Part shown: in pieces, positions 18,740 through 28,391 of the stretch
How the letters are laid out: each line of letters begins with the position of its first letter
Position numbering within the stretch: the first letter of the stretch is position 1
Notes under the pieces: generated by a model
Database searches by the model: none
The model's input: the letters and a program-made list of their open reading frames with translations, nothing else
Told to the model about the DNA's origin: nothing
Made by a program: the position numbers and the translations under genes
NCBI GenBank assembly: GCA_965204045.1
Contig: CBDBDW010000002.1
Coordinates: 2,754,610-2,818,609, forward strand
Direction: 5' to 3'
From: Gammaproteobacteria bacterium
GTDB lineage: Bacteria; Pseudomonadota; Gammaproteobacteria; Eutrophobiales; Eutrophobiaceae
DNA: 64,000 nucleotides

Positions 18740-19126
18740 CTATCCATTCAACGGCGAATAACGTTCGCCATTCATGATAGCGATTTTCCGTACATTACCC
18801 TGCATTTCAAACGTGCCGCAGAAACCTTTTTTAAGCACTAATGCCTGCCCCGGATAAAACTCTTCGGATGGTCCGTTTTCATCGGAAATAACTATCTTTC
18901 CGCTCAGCAAGTACATAAATTCATCCTGGGGGTAGTCTTTCAGCTGAAGTTTTACAGGCGCAGCCTGGTAGGCCGCAACGAGGAGTTCGCCGTGCTCGAA
19001 ATGATATGTCTGGTGCTGTGATTTTCCGGATAAAACTATTTCATCAGGGTATGGCGCATAGTCGTCAAGATCGATACCTGCCAACTTGTCAACATCCAAT
19101 CGTACAAGTTTATTATTGTTGCTCAT
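18740..19126 (-). CDS. Cupin domain protein (Cupin_3/DUF861-like)
   Basis: KDYPQDEFMYLLSGKIVISDENGPSEEFYPGQALVLKKGFCGTFEMQGNVRKIAIMNG. It is paralogous to 29994..30461. Confidence 0.6.
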   Translation of the reverse strand: MSNNNKLVRLDVDKLAGIDLDDYAPYPDEIVLSGKSQHQTYHFEHGELLVAAYQAAPVKLQLKDYPQDEFMYLLSGKIVISDENGPSEEFYPGQALVLKKGFCGTFEMQGNVRKIAIMNGERYSPLNG

Positions 19127-19760
19127 TTAATATTTTCTCCGGGCTGGAAGTACAACTACGGTTTAACGAACCTGGCAATCTTTCCACCATGCTCTCAATG
19201 ATGCGGACACATCGCTTTTTTGTATAAACTTCGGGGCTGAGTAAGGACTGAATACATACCCCATCCACCACCGCTAAAATCAGGTCCAGTATATCCTCCG
19301 TTTTCCTGGCACGTGGGATTTCTTCTTTATTAATAGAGTTCGTAATATATTTTTTCAGCAAATCACGATATTCATTTTTATTTGCATTGTATTCCTCGGC
19401 CAACAAAGGGTCATCACTGTTCCGGATCCCGAAACACATGGACACAAACGCAACGCTCTCCAGTTTTTCGGGGTCGGGCAAAAGTTCTACCATCGCGTTT
19501 CTTATGCACGATAAGTTACTTTCGGCGGATTTATTGGCATTGAGAATTCGTTCAAAAGTTTTTCTGTATGCGATTGTAAATGCAAATCTCAAGACGCTGT
19601 CCTTATCCCTGAAATAATGCGACAACACACCCGTAGTAAATCCTGCCTCCAGGGTAATATCACGCAGTGTAAGCTTATCGACACCGACGGATTGAACGGC
19701 AGCCCAGGTTGCATGCGCTATCTCAACCCTTCTTTCATCATGATTAACCAGTTTTGGCAT
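19113..19760 (-). CDS. TetR-family transcriptional regulator
   Basis: N-terminal TetR helix-turn-helix: ATWAAVQSVGVDKLTLRDITLEAGFTTGVLSHYFRDKDSVL. Confidence 0.85.
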   Translation of the reverse strand: MPKLVNHDERRVEIAHATWAAVQSVGVDKLTLRDITLEAGFTTGVLSHYFRDKDSVLRFAFTIAYRKTFERILNANKSAESNLSCIRNAMVELLPDPEKLESVAFVSMCFGIRNSDDPLLAEEYNANKNEYRDLLKKYITNSINKEEIPRARKTEDILDLILAVVDGVCIQSLLSPEVYTKKRCVRIIESMVERLPGSLNRSCTSSPEKILNEQQ

Positions 19761-19798
19761 AAATTGATCGCTCCATAAATCCTGGAAAAGAAAGAACG

Positions 19799-21106
19799 TT
19801 ATTTCGGGGCCGCAACATTCAAATAATCCAGCCCATTGAACAACACCCTCAGCCCCCGGTAGAGTAATGACGGGTTTCCGGAGTAAAAGGGAAAATCCCG
19901 TGTTGGCATATTATCAAACAGTGTACCCGCATCATCGGCTTTCAGTATTCGTCTGGCCATTTTTGAACCAAGATAGAGCGCCATCGAAAAGCTTGGTGTG
20001 GCACAGAAATGTACGCCGCCCTGCGTGCCGATATGGGGTAAGTGATCGGATGGCAATGCCAGGTTACCGTACCAGCAATATTCCGCTTCGATTTTCTCCA
20101 ATTCCGGAAACAGCTTTCTGTATGCGTTCAGTATTCTGTTTGATTGTGTATGGTTATCATCGGTACGTAAATAATGTGAAGCCAGTATAAGCCGGGTTTC
20201 CTTATCACAGGGCCTGAAATTAAAAAACATCTGTTTTGTATCGACGACTCCGCGCAAGGTGGGTAGTAGTTCCTTCAGTAAATCCTGTGGCATCGGTTCA
20301 GTCGCAACAACATGTGCCAGAAACGGAAAAATCTTCTTTTGCAAAAAGCCTGTTTCCGCGCCGGAATAGCCCTGTGTCGCCAGTACGACATGTTCTGCAG
20401 TGATGTCGCCCCTGTTCGTCGATATGGTAAACGTTCCATTTGATTGGCGTTGCACCGATTCAAGTCGGGTAGAGGAACATATTACAGCGCCTGAATCCGC
20501 AAGGCGTTGAACCATGCCGGCGGTCAATTGTCCCGGGTTCAGATCATAAGCTTCCGGCTGTACTTTCGCGCCATAGTAGATTTTATTTGCCCGGCCGCCG
20601 ATTTCCTTGCCAAGGTCCTGTCTGGGGACCATGTATGCGTCGACCGATCCAAACTGCTGCTTCAGCCGCTCCAGGGTATCAGCCATTGTTTCGTAGGCTG
20701 ATTTCGTGGTTGCCAGTACCAGCTTTCCACGTTGTCTCAATCCACAGCTGATGTTGTGACGCTTGACCAGTTCAAGAACATAATCGTGGGCAGCACGTCC
20801 TTCCCTGATCAGGTCACACTTTTTGACGCCATGAACAAGCCCGTCGAGATCCCCGGTTGTTGTACCGTCAATACGGTCCATCACCAACCCGAGATTCCTC
20901 GAGCATGCCCCGTGCCCCGGCCAGTCTTTCTCAATCAGCGTTACCTCAACACCGGAGCGTCGCAGTTCCAGTGCTGCGCTCAAGCCTGCAAAGCCACCGC
21001 CTGCTATTGCGACGTCGGTTCTTTGCGGCAGAGAAAAACCCGGTATTGACACCGGCAAGGTGTTTTCCCACCACAGCGAACGCTCATTGATTTCTTTCAT
21101 CGCCAT
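19799..21106 (-). CDS. FAD-dependent oxidoreductase (DAO/PuuB-like amine or amino-acid oxidase)
   Basis: Dinucleotide-binding motif VAIAGGGFAGLSAALELRRSGVEVTLIEK. About 435 aa, with DAO-family architecture. Confidence 0.8.
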   Translation of the reverse strand: MAMKEINERSLWWENTLPVSIPGFSLPQRTDVAIAGGGFAGLSAALELRRSGVEVTLIEKDWPGHGACSRNLGLVMDRIDGTTTGDLDGLVHGVKKCDLIREGRAAHDYVLELVKRHNISCGLRQRGKLVLATTKSAYETMADTLERLKQQFGSVDAYMVPRQDLGKEIGGRANKIYYGAKVQPEAYDLNPGQLTAGMVQRLADSGAVICSSTRLESVQRQSNGTFTISTNRGDITAEHVVLATQGYSGAETGFLQKKIFPFLAHVVATEPMPQDLLKELLPTLRGVVDTKQMFFNFRPCDKETRLILASHYLRTDDNHTQSNRILNAYRKLFPELEKIEAEYCWYGNLALPSDHLPHIGTQGGVHFCATPSFSMALYLGSKMARRILKADDAGTLFDNMPTRDFPFYSGNPSLLYRGLRVLFNGLDYLNVAAPK

Positions 21107-21238
21107 CTTGCTTTTATTCCGTGCCGAGCTTATATCGCCCGGTTCTTTTTCGTAATTTTCACCTTGATTTTTTAATTATAACAATCATAATAAAAAAGTC
21201 TTGTGTGCCATTTTTTCTTTGTGTAGGGGGAGGGTTGC

Positions 21239-23497
21239 ATGTCTCATCAATTCAGTGTGAATACCATCAATCAAACTATCCGGGTCATCCTGGTTCTATT
21301 CCTTGCACAAAGTCTGACCGCCAATGCGCAGTCAGTTCTTGAAGAAGTGATTGTCACTGCACAAAAACGCGAAGAAAGCGTGCAGGATGTGTCCATCTCC
21401 ATAACCGCCCTGAGCGGCGACATGATCAGCGAATTCGGTTCTAAGGATACGCGCGAGATCTTCGATCATATACCTAATGTGACTGCCGACCAGGGTTCCT
21501 ATAGTGGAGCGTTGACAATCAGGGGGAATGCCACGTTGAATACCATGCTGGGGGGAGAAGGGAACGTGGCCTTGTACTTTGATGATGTCTACCGGCCGCA
21601 GGCCTATTACGGCGGCAACAACATGCTGGACCTGGAACGTGTCGAGGTGCTGCGCGGACCGCAGGGCACGCTGTTCGGGCGCAATGCGACCGGCGGTCTT
21701 GTACACTTCATCTCACGCAAGCCGACGGAAGAGTTCGAAGCCTATGCCACCTTCGAGTACGGTTCCCACGATACCCGCATCGTGGAAGCTGCAGTCAGCG
21801 GCCCCCTGACTGACCGGGTGAGGGGGCGTCTGGCGTTCCAGTACCACGAGGACGACGGCTTTCAGGACAACCTGGGACCGGCCGGCGGGAAACTCGGTAA
21901 AATCGACCACCTGAGCGGCCGCGGTCATCTTGAATTCGACCTCGGCGAGCGGGCGGGTCTGATGCTCACCATCGAAGCCAGCGACCGGGACGACATCGGT
22001 AAGGGCTTTCACTACTGGGGGCTCCTGGATCCGCTGACCCTGGCACAGTGTGAGGTGGAGCGGGTACGGGCCGGACAATGTGTCGGGGGCGGCGCCTTTT
22101 TCGGTCTGCCGACGTTTGGCGACCCGAACCTCGATCCCGAAGAGGTCTATACCGAGCTCGATCCCGGGAACGGAGGTAACCGTTACACGCTCGGTACGAT
22201 TACCGGGATTGCCAGGCTTAATTTCAAGCTGACCGATACCATAGATGTGGTATCGATCACTGCCTATGACAGCCACAATCGGTATTTCAACCCCGATGAA
22301 GACGCCACCGCTGTGGGCGTGTTCGGTGGCTTCTTCCAGTTCAACGACCACTACACCGTTGATTCCGACCAGTTTACCCAGGAGCTCAGGTTATCCGGCG
22401 TGTTCATGCGTGCGGACTGGACCGCGGGCTTCTATTACTTCGACGAAGAACGCGATTCGACCAGTACCATAAGGGATTTCGAGAGTATTCAATCACCCGA
22501 TACCAAGGCAGAGGGGGATACGGAGTCGTGGGCTGTGTTCGGGCAAGTGGGCGTACCGCTCGGGGACCAGCTCCGGCTTGTCGGCGGGATACGCTACACC
22601 GATGACGAGAAGAAGGCCGCGGTGCTTACCACCGGCGTTCCGGGTTCACAGTCGCTGTCCAGCACCAACACGTCAGGCAAGGTGGGTCTGGAGTGGCGGC
22701 CGCGCGAGGAATGGATGTTATACGGGTCGTTCTCTACCGGCTTCCGCTCCGGTAACTTCAACACGGATCTGCTGGGCGGCAATATCAGCCTCCTGGCCGC
22801 GGTGGCTCCGGAGAAAATCAAATCCTACGAAGGCGGCTTCAAGGCAACGCTGTTAGGCGGCCGGGCGCGGGTGAATGCCGCGCTGTTCTACCAGGACGTC
22901 ACGGACAAGCAGGGCCTCATCTACGACAACGTTGCCGTAGCGCCTGTTGGCCGGCTCATGAGCATTGGCGATGCCGATATCTACGGCGCCGAGCTGGAGC
23001 TGCTCGTGGCACCCGTAGAGCAACTGGAAATGAGCCTGGGTGTGGGCTGGCTGGATACCGAAGTCGATGCGCCCGCAAACTTTTTTGTCCCTGCGAATTT
23101 CGGTACCGGCGCCAGGGCCTTTGTGGGCGATCAATTTTTCGTGGACGGCAGTGAACTCGGCACCAGCGCGCCGGAGTGGACGCTCAACGGTCTTGCCCGC
23201 TATCACATTCCTTTAGGAAACAGCGGCAAGGTCAGCGCGCAGGTGGATTTCAATTACCGCGAAGAAGCCACCGGGCTCGGTGGCAATGAGTATACCTATA
23301 ACGAGGATCGCTGGCTGGTGAACCTGCGCTTGTTCTGGCGTTCGCAATCAGAACGGTGGCAGGTAGAGGGCTACGTGGAGAATGTCTTCGACCATGAATA
23401 CATTGACAACCAGATTGCCTTTGCGGGTAGCGACCACGCCTATGGCAACATGGGCATGCCGCGCTGGTTCGGCGTCAAGGTTGGGGTGAATTACTGA
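21239..23497 (+). CDS. TonB-dependent outer-membrane receptor (paralogue of 1407..3572)
   Basis: Signal peptide, then plug/TonB box VLEEVIVTAQKREESVQDVSISIT. C-terminal aromatic residue (…VKVGVNY). Confidence 0.85.
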   Translation: MSHQFSVNTINQTIRVILVLFLAQSLTANAQSVLEEVIVTAQKREESVQDVSISITALSGDMISEFGSKDTREIFDHIPNVTADQGSYSGALTIRGNATLNTMLGGEGNVALYFDDVYRPQAYYGGNNMLDLERVEVLRGPQGTLFGRNATGGLVHFISRKPTEEFEAYATFEYGSHDTRIVEAAVSGPLTDRVRGRLAFQYHEDDGFQDNLGPAGGKLGKIDHLSGRGHLEFDLGERAGLMLTIEASDRDDIGKGFHYWGLLDPLTLAQCEVERVRAGQCVGGGAFFGLPTFGDPNLDPEEVYTELDPGNGGNRYTLGTITGIARLNFKLTDTIDVVSITAYDSHNRYFNPDEDATAVGVFGGFFQFNDHYTVDSDQFTQELRLSGVFMRADWTAGFYYFDEERDSTSTIRDFESIQSPDTKAEGDTESWAVFGQVGVPLGDQLRLVGGIRYTDDEKKAAVLTTGVPGSQSLSSTNTSGKVGLEWRPREEWMLYGSFSTGFRSGNFNTDLLGGNISLLAAVAPEKIKSYEGGFKATLLGGRARVNAALFYQDVTDKQGLIYDNVAVAPVGRLMSIGDADIYGAELELLVAPVEQLEMSLGVGWLDTEVDAPANFFVPANFGTGARAFVGDQFFVDGSELGTSAPEWTLNGLARYHIPLGNSGKVSAQVDFNYREEATGLGGNEYTYNEDRWLVNLRLFWRSQSERWQVEGYVENVFDHEYIDNQIAFAGSDHAYGNMGMPRWFGVKVGVNY

Positions 23498-23536
23498 ACA
23501 GGTATTACACTGATGCCCAACGATCGCGATCCGGGG

Positions 23537-25747
23537 ATGGATCGCAGGATCACCCGCCGCGATTTTGGAGTAAATAATGTGAGATCGATTCCCGTGGTCG
23601 TTTTCCTGCTGACGGCTATCTGCGGAATGCATGGATGTGGCGAAGATGAAGGGCGTAGCCCATTCACGGGCAATACGGAAAAAACAACATCCCTATCCAC
23701 TGGCGTTGCGGATGCACAAGCAGATTTGCCCGGAGCGGTAAGCCGTGAACGTGCATTGAATGCCTCCGATGATGTGGAGAACTGGCTGTTGCATGGACGT
23801 ACCTATGACGAGCAGCGTTTCAGTCCGCTCGCTCAAATTACCCGGCATAATATCAAGCGTCTGGGTGTGGCCTGGGCGCTTGACATACCCAGTAGTGACG
23901 GTCTTGTGGCGACGCCGATTGTTGTTGACGGCACCATATATTTAAGTGCCCCCTTCAGCGTCATTTATGCTGTTGATGCCGCATCCGGCAATCTTCTCTG
24001 GTCTTATGATCCGCAAGTGAAATTGAACCTGAGTGTATTTGGATCCTGGCTTTCCCGTTGGAACCGGGGTGTGACTGTATGGAATGGAAAAGTGATTGTC
24101 GGTACCGGTGATTGCAGGTTGATCGCTGTCGATGCAGGAAAGGGAACCCCCGTCTGGGAAGTTGAAACCTGCGACAGCAGTATCGGCTATGCCATTACCG
24201 GTGCGCCAAGGGTGGGTGATGGGAAGGTTTTTATCGGTAACGCGGGAGCTGATTGGGGCCTGCGCGGCTATGTCACGGCCTATGACGCGGATTCCGGTGA
24301 CTTTGTATGGCGTTTTTATACGGTGCCCCGTGACACTGTTACCGACCAGGAAGCACAAGATTTTGAAACGACCGCGGAGACCGGGAGTGGGGAGGCAGGG
24401 CGCCAGTACGGCGGCGGTGGCTCGGTATGGGATTCTATGACCTATGATCAGGAATTGAACCGGTTATACCTGGGAACGGACAGTGTTTTTCTCGAGTATA
24501 TCAACATCACGGACCCCGAAGAGTTCGATGACCTGCTGACCAATGCCATTGTTGCCCTGGATGCTGCGACAGGCGAATACCTGTGGCATTACCAGACTGT
24601 CCCGGCAGGCAAGTTGGACTACAACGCGGCTGCACATATGATCCTTGCCGATATGGAGATTGCAGGTGAGAGCCGAAAAGTCCTGATGCAGGCGCCAAAA
24701 AATGGATTCTTTTATGTCATTGATCGCAGCAATGGCGAGTTGCTGTCAGCGGACAACTATACGACGGTGACCTGGGCCAGTCATATTGACCTGGAAACAG
24801 GCAAGCCTGTTCTCAATACTGCTGCTCCATCCGTGGACCCCGAAACTGGCAAGCCGCTTGTCTTCCCTTATGGATGGGGTGGCCACAACTGGCACCCCAT
24901 GAGTTACAGTCTCGACACCGGCCTGGTCTATATCCCGGTGCTGGACGTCGCAGCAGTTGTTCAACAATCACCCGCATCGGGCGTAGAGGAAGAACCGCTG
25001 GGCCAGAGCGCCTATGGTGCTGGTGGAGGCAAGGTGGCGGAAGACGAAATGCTGGGCAAGCTTGTGGCCTGGGACCCGCTGACCCAGTCTGAACGATGGT
25101 CGCAGGAACATAAATTACCGTGGAACGGGGGTGTGCTATCGACCGCGGGCGGACTTGTATTCCAGGGAAATGCCGAAGGCAGGTTCAATGCCTTTGCCGC
25201 GGACGATGGTGAATTACTATGGACCATGAAGACCGGCTCGGCGATTCAGGCGCCACCGGTGACCGTTCGTATTAATGGGGAACAACTGGTCATCGTCCCG
25301 GTGGGGTGGGGCGGCCCGCAACGATTATGGATTCCGCGTCACAATGCACTGCCCGAATCAAAAGGCAATAGTCGTTTGATCGCATTCAAGCTGGACGGCG
25401 ACGCAACCCTGCCGGCACAGACCAGCCATTCCATGCCTGTTCCCGAGCCGCCGGAACAAAGCGGCACAGCCGGGTTCATCGCCCGTGGTGAAAAATTGTA
25501 TGGCCAAACCGGTTGTGTCTGGTGCCATGGTGTCGATGTCGAGGGCGGCAGCGACTCGGTCCCGAATTTGCGTTATCTCACGAAGGAGAAACATGCGGCA
25601 TGGGACGCCATCGTCCTGGGTGGCGCCTATCAGCATAAGGGCATGCTTTCCTACAAGGATGCGCTCAGTGCCGAAGATTCAGCCGCGATACATGCCTATG
25701 TGATTGACAGGGCCTGGAAGGCGTATAACGAACAATCTACACAATGA
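23537..25747 (+). CDS. PQQ-dependent dehydrogenase with C-terminal cytochrome c domain (quinohemoprotein alcohol dehydrogenase type)
   Basis: Eight-bladed PQQ propeller repeats (W-rich motifs, DxxTG). C-terminal haem-binding CxxCH (GCVWCHGVD). N-terminal signal sequence. Start is ambiguous: ATG at 23537 or GTG at 23579. Confidence 0.8.
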   Translation: MDRRITRRDFGVNNVRSIPVVVFLLTAICGMHGCGEDEGRSPFTGNTEKTTSLSTGVADAQADLPGAVSRERALNASDDVENWLLHGRTYDEQRFSPLAQITRHNIKRLGVAWALDIPSSDGLVATPIVVDGTIYLSAPFSVIYAVDAASGNLLWSYDPQVKLNLSVFGSWLSRWNRGVTVWNGKVIVGTGDCRLIAVDAGKGTPVWEVETCDSSIGYAITGAPRVGDGKVFIGNAGADWGLRGYVTAYDADSGDFVWRFYTVPRDTVTDQEAQDFETTAETGSGEAGRQYGGGGSVWDSMTYDQELNRLYLGTDSVFLEYINITDPEEFDDLLTNAIVALDAATGEYLWHYQTVPAGKLDYNAAAHMILADMEIAGESRKVLMQAPKNGFFYVIDRSNGELLSADNYTTVTWASHIDLETGKPVLNTAAPSVDPETGKPLVFPYGWGGHNWHPMSYSLDTGLVYIPVLDVAAVVQQSPASGVEEEPLGQSAYGAGGGKVAEDEMLGKLVAWDPLTQSERWSQEHKLPWNGGVLSTAGGLVFQGNAEGRFNAFAADDGELLWTMKTGSAIQAPPVTVRINGEQLVIVPVGWGGPQRLWIPRHNALPESKGNSRLIAFKLDGDATLPAQTSHSMPVPEPPEQSGTAGFIARGEKLYGQTGCVWCHGVDVEGGSDSVPNLRYLTKEKHAAWDAIVLGGAYQHKGMLSYKDALSAEDSAAIHAYVIDRAWKAYNEQSTQ

Positions 25748-25763
25748 TCCTGGTTCAGAAGAA

Positions 25764-25865
25764 ATGAATACTGAAATGCCCTTGTGGCCACAGGAAGGTA
25801 TTCTTTCGGGTGTGTCAGAAAACCGGTATAAGAGATTATATACTGGTGATATAGTGAAAAACTGA
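25764..25865 (+). pseudogene. 33-codon remnant of a cupin gene (partial duplicate of 29994..30461)
   Basis: It reads MNTEMPLWPQEGILSGVSENRYKRLYTGDIVKN*. About 85% nucleotide identity to 30133..30230 (…MNTDLPLWPQEDILSGVSEHRYKTLYSGDID…). Confidence 0.5.
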
Positions 25866-25869
25866 TTTC

Positions 25870-27531
25870 TTGTTCAACCAAGGTATATCCATGATGAAAT
25901 TCCGTATTTGCAATATGTTGCTTTTGATCACAGTGACGGTATGTACGCCTGCGGCTTCCTTCGGAAATTCCGAATATGAAGTAGATATTCTTGATACCAG
26001 GCAACTCGGCCATGTTCGACACATTGTTGATTCAGCGCGCCAACTACCGGGAGACTGGCGTTACATGGAACCACGCGCGATGCTTACCTACGACGCCTAC
26101 CAGTTCCAGTTGGCGTTTATGTCCTATGCCCTGGCCATGGTGCAAATAAACTACACACCGGCCTATAAAGAGTTATACCGGGAGGCACAACTAAGCCTGG
26201 TTGAAAAAATGATGCGTAATGATGTCTGGGTACCCACGTGGTTGCCAATCATTGAAATGGACCCTTACAAGAGCTACCTGGAAGCGGGTAAGGAATGGCG
26301 TGATCCTGTTCGTGAAAAAAATATCATGTACAGCGGCCATCTCCTGCAAATGATCGGCCTGTATAAAGTGCTGTACAAGGATTTTCGTTTCGATGAACCG
26401 GGTTCCATTGTGTTCGAATTACCCGGCCTGAACGGCTTCAAAAACACCTATGACCATCACTCACTTGCAACACTTGTCCATGATCAGTTTGTGGATAGTG
26501 ATTACGTAGGCGTTGATTGTGAACCCAATGACGTTTTTGCGGAGTGTAACCAGCACCCCATACTTGGCCTTATCCACTATGACTGGATGCATGGCAGTAA
26601 ACTTTCGGAGGTGCGTCATGCCTTCTGGGAGAAAGCGGAAGAACTGAATTATATCGCGCCCCATTCATCCAGAACCATGTATTTTTATCGCATGAAGGAA
26701 CAGGAACGCGTGGACAGGCCCTTTGCGTGGGCCGATGGCTGGAATGCGATGATGATGAACGCATGGAATACTGATGTGGTGAGCAAAATCTACCCAGTCC
26801 AGCGTGATGCGGAAAAGGCGGCGTTAATGGATACCAGTCCCGAGCGTTGGAGTCGCAGATGGTCGACGCCGATAGCGTGTTTTGACTTTGGCTTTCTGGC
26901 CGCCTACGCCGCGGAAATGGGTGATCGTGACACAGTATCTGCGATGCTTGATTATGCTGATCGCCATTTCAATCCTCAATGGGTTGATGGCAGGTACTTC
27001 TATCCCCGACGTGATATAACCGAAGCTGCATTTTTCGATGGCTTACGTTCTGAAAAGGAGTGGATCGTCCCGGAAGAGAAGTATGGCCAGCACGAAATGA
27101 CTGTCCTGATTGGGAATGTAATGCTGCCGCTGGCAAGACTTAATCCTGGATACGGGTTGTGGCGACTTTATGACAGGGACAGTGCGCAGAATTGGCTAAC
27201 TGGTGATACGCCGGAAGTTGTGAATGTAAAGTATCCCGAAGTCCTGATCAGTCATGCAGTTTACAGTCGTGAACATAATCGATTGAGTGTCCATATCAAA
27301 CCGGGAACCGCGTATAGGGGCATGTCCGATATCGGTGTCATAAATCTTGATGCCGGAACGTACTATAGTGTGATGTTTGATGGGAAAGAAGTTTTCCGGC
27401 TTCATCAGGGTAAGGTGGTCCCCGGAGAAAGCGGCAAGGTGGCGGGCGCATGGGATGCAAGTGACTCCACCCTGACTATTTCCCTGCCAATCGATAAGGG
27501 GCACGCACTGGACATTGTATCTATGATGTGA
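25870..27531 (+). CDS. Secreted protein of the linalool dehydratase/isomerase (LDI) family, with a C-terminal extension
   Basis: Signal peptide. The blocks YQFQLAFMSYALAMV, KNIMYSGHLLQMIGLYKVL and VGVDCEPNDVFAECNQHPILGLIHYDWMHG align with conserved blocks of Castellaniella LDI recalled from memory ([44 protein letters not shown]). This was not checked against a database. Confidence 0.5.
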   Translation: MFNQGISMMKFRICNMLLLITVTVCTPAASFGNSEYEVDILDTRQLGHVRHIVDSARQLPGDWRYMEPRAMLTYDAYQFQLAFMSYALAMVQINYTPAYKELYREAQLSLVEKMMRNDVWVPTWLPIIEMDPYKSYLEAGKEWRDPVREKNIMYSGHLLQMIGLYKVLYKDFRFDEPGSIVFELPGLNGFKNTYDHHSLATLVHDQFVDSDYVGVDCEPNDVFAECNQHPILGLIHYDWMHGSKLSEVRHAFWEKAEELNYIAPHSSRTMYFYRMKEQERVDRPFAWADGWNAMMMNAWNTDVVSKIYPVQRDAEKAALMDTSPERWSRRWSTPIACFDFGFLAAYAAEMGDRDTVSAMLDYADRHFNPQWVDGRYFYPRRDITEAAFFDGLRSEKEWIVPEEKYGQHEMTVLIGNVMLPLARLNPGYGLWRLYDRDSAQNWLTGDTPEVVNVKYPEVLISHAVYSREHNRLSVHIKPGTAYRGMSDIGVINLDAGTYYSVMFDGKEVFRLHQGKVVPGESGKVAGAWDASDSTLTISLPIDKGHALDIVSMM

Positions 27532-28361
27532 GAGCAACCATAGATTCCGTACCGGTTTTCCGGATGCATACTTATCATTTATCTGACTTCCAGTGTCACT
27601 GGCTGACAGGGATAAGTCTTTTTATTTCACGAAGTATATTGCTACCGGTATTGATACTGCTTCCGAACGGCGCTTTTGCCGTCACGGAAGATGAAGTCGT
27701 TGATTTCCTGAATGCAGATCCGTCGTTTCTGTCACGGCACCCGGAATTACTGGAGCAGGCTTTCAGGTATGAACAATTGTCCCGCGAGAAAAATGCAAGG
27801 GTGGAGAGGGCAAAAGTTCTATCGGAAGCCCAGGGTATCATCGAAAAATTCCAACCTGAACAGGAGCCACCAGGTAACAGGAAAAAAACGGTAATTGCAT
27901 TTATGGATTACGATTGCAGACCTTGCCGGCAAGACAGACATGAACATCAACAGCGCGCAACTCAATTGGCAGACAAGGTTGAAATAATTCAGGTCCCGCT
28001 GGGTATCATGTCTTCGGCATCTGCACAGGCTGTTCGTCTGTTGCTGGCCCTTCAGGCAGAAGACCGGCGCCGCGCCGGATCATTCCATCAGGACCTGCTC
28101 AACGTAAGATTACCGCTTACCTATGCAACAGTTACCGCAACAGCGGCAAAGAACGGGATCCAGGACCAGGAAATGGAGAAAATGTTGAGAGACGAGCGGG
28201 CCTCTGATGAGCTGAAACACATTCAGGACCTGGCGGCAGCCCTGGGCGTGGAAGGAACTCCCGCCTACCTTACCGGCTGTGAACTGGTCAAAGGCAGAGC
28301 CGGGTTGAATATGCTGATTGAATCTTGGGTAGATTGTATCCCTGAACCTCTCGCACCATGA
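27528..28361 (+). CDS. DsbA-like thioredoxin-fold thiol:disulfide oxidoreductase
   Basis: CxxC active site (DYDCRPCRQ) and a C-terminal ...GVEGTPAYL motif typical of DsbA. N-terminal hydrophobic signal. The ATGA overlap with the upstream gene suggests translational coupling. Confidence 0.6.
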   Translation: MRATIDSVPVFRMHTYHLSDFQCHWLTGISLFISRSILLPVLILLPNGAFAVTEDEVVDFLNADPSFLSRHPELLEQAFRYEQLSREKNARVERAKVLSEAQGIIEKFQPEQEPPGNRKKTVIAFMDYDCRPCRQDRHEHQQRATQLADKVEIIQVPLGIMSSASAQAVRLLLALQAEDRRRAGSFHQDLLNVRLPLTYATVTATAAKNGIQDQEMEKMLRDERASDELKHIQDLAAALGVEGTPAYLTGCELVKGRAGLNMLIESWVDCIPEPLAP

Positions 28362-28391
28362 GAAGGATGAAAAAAATGAGACAAGACAAGC

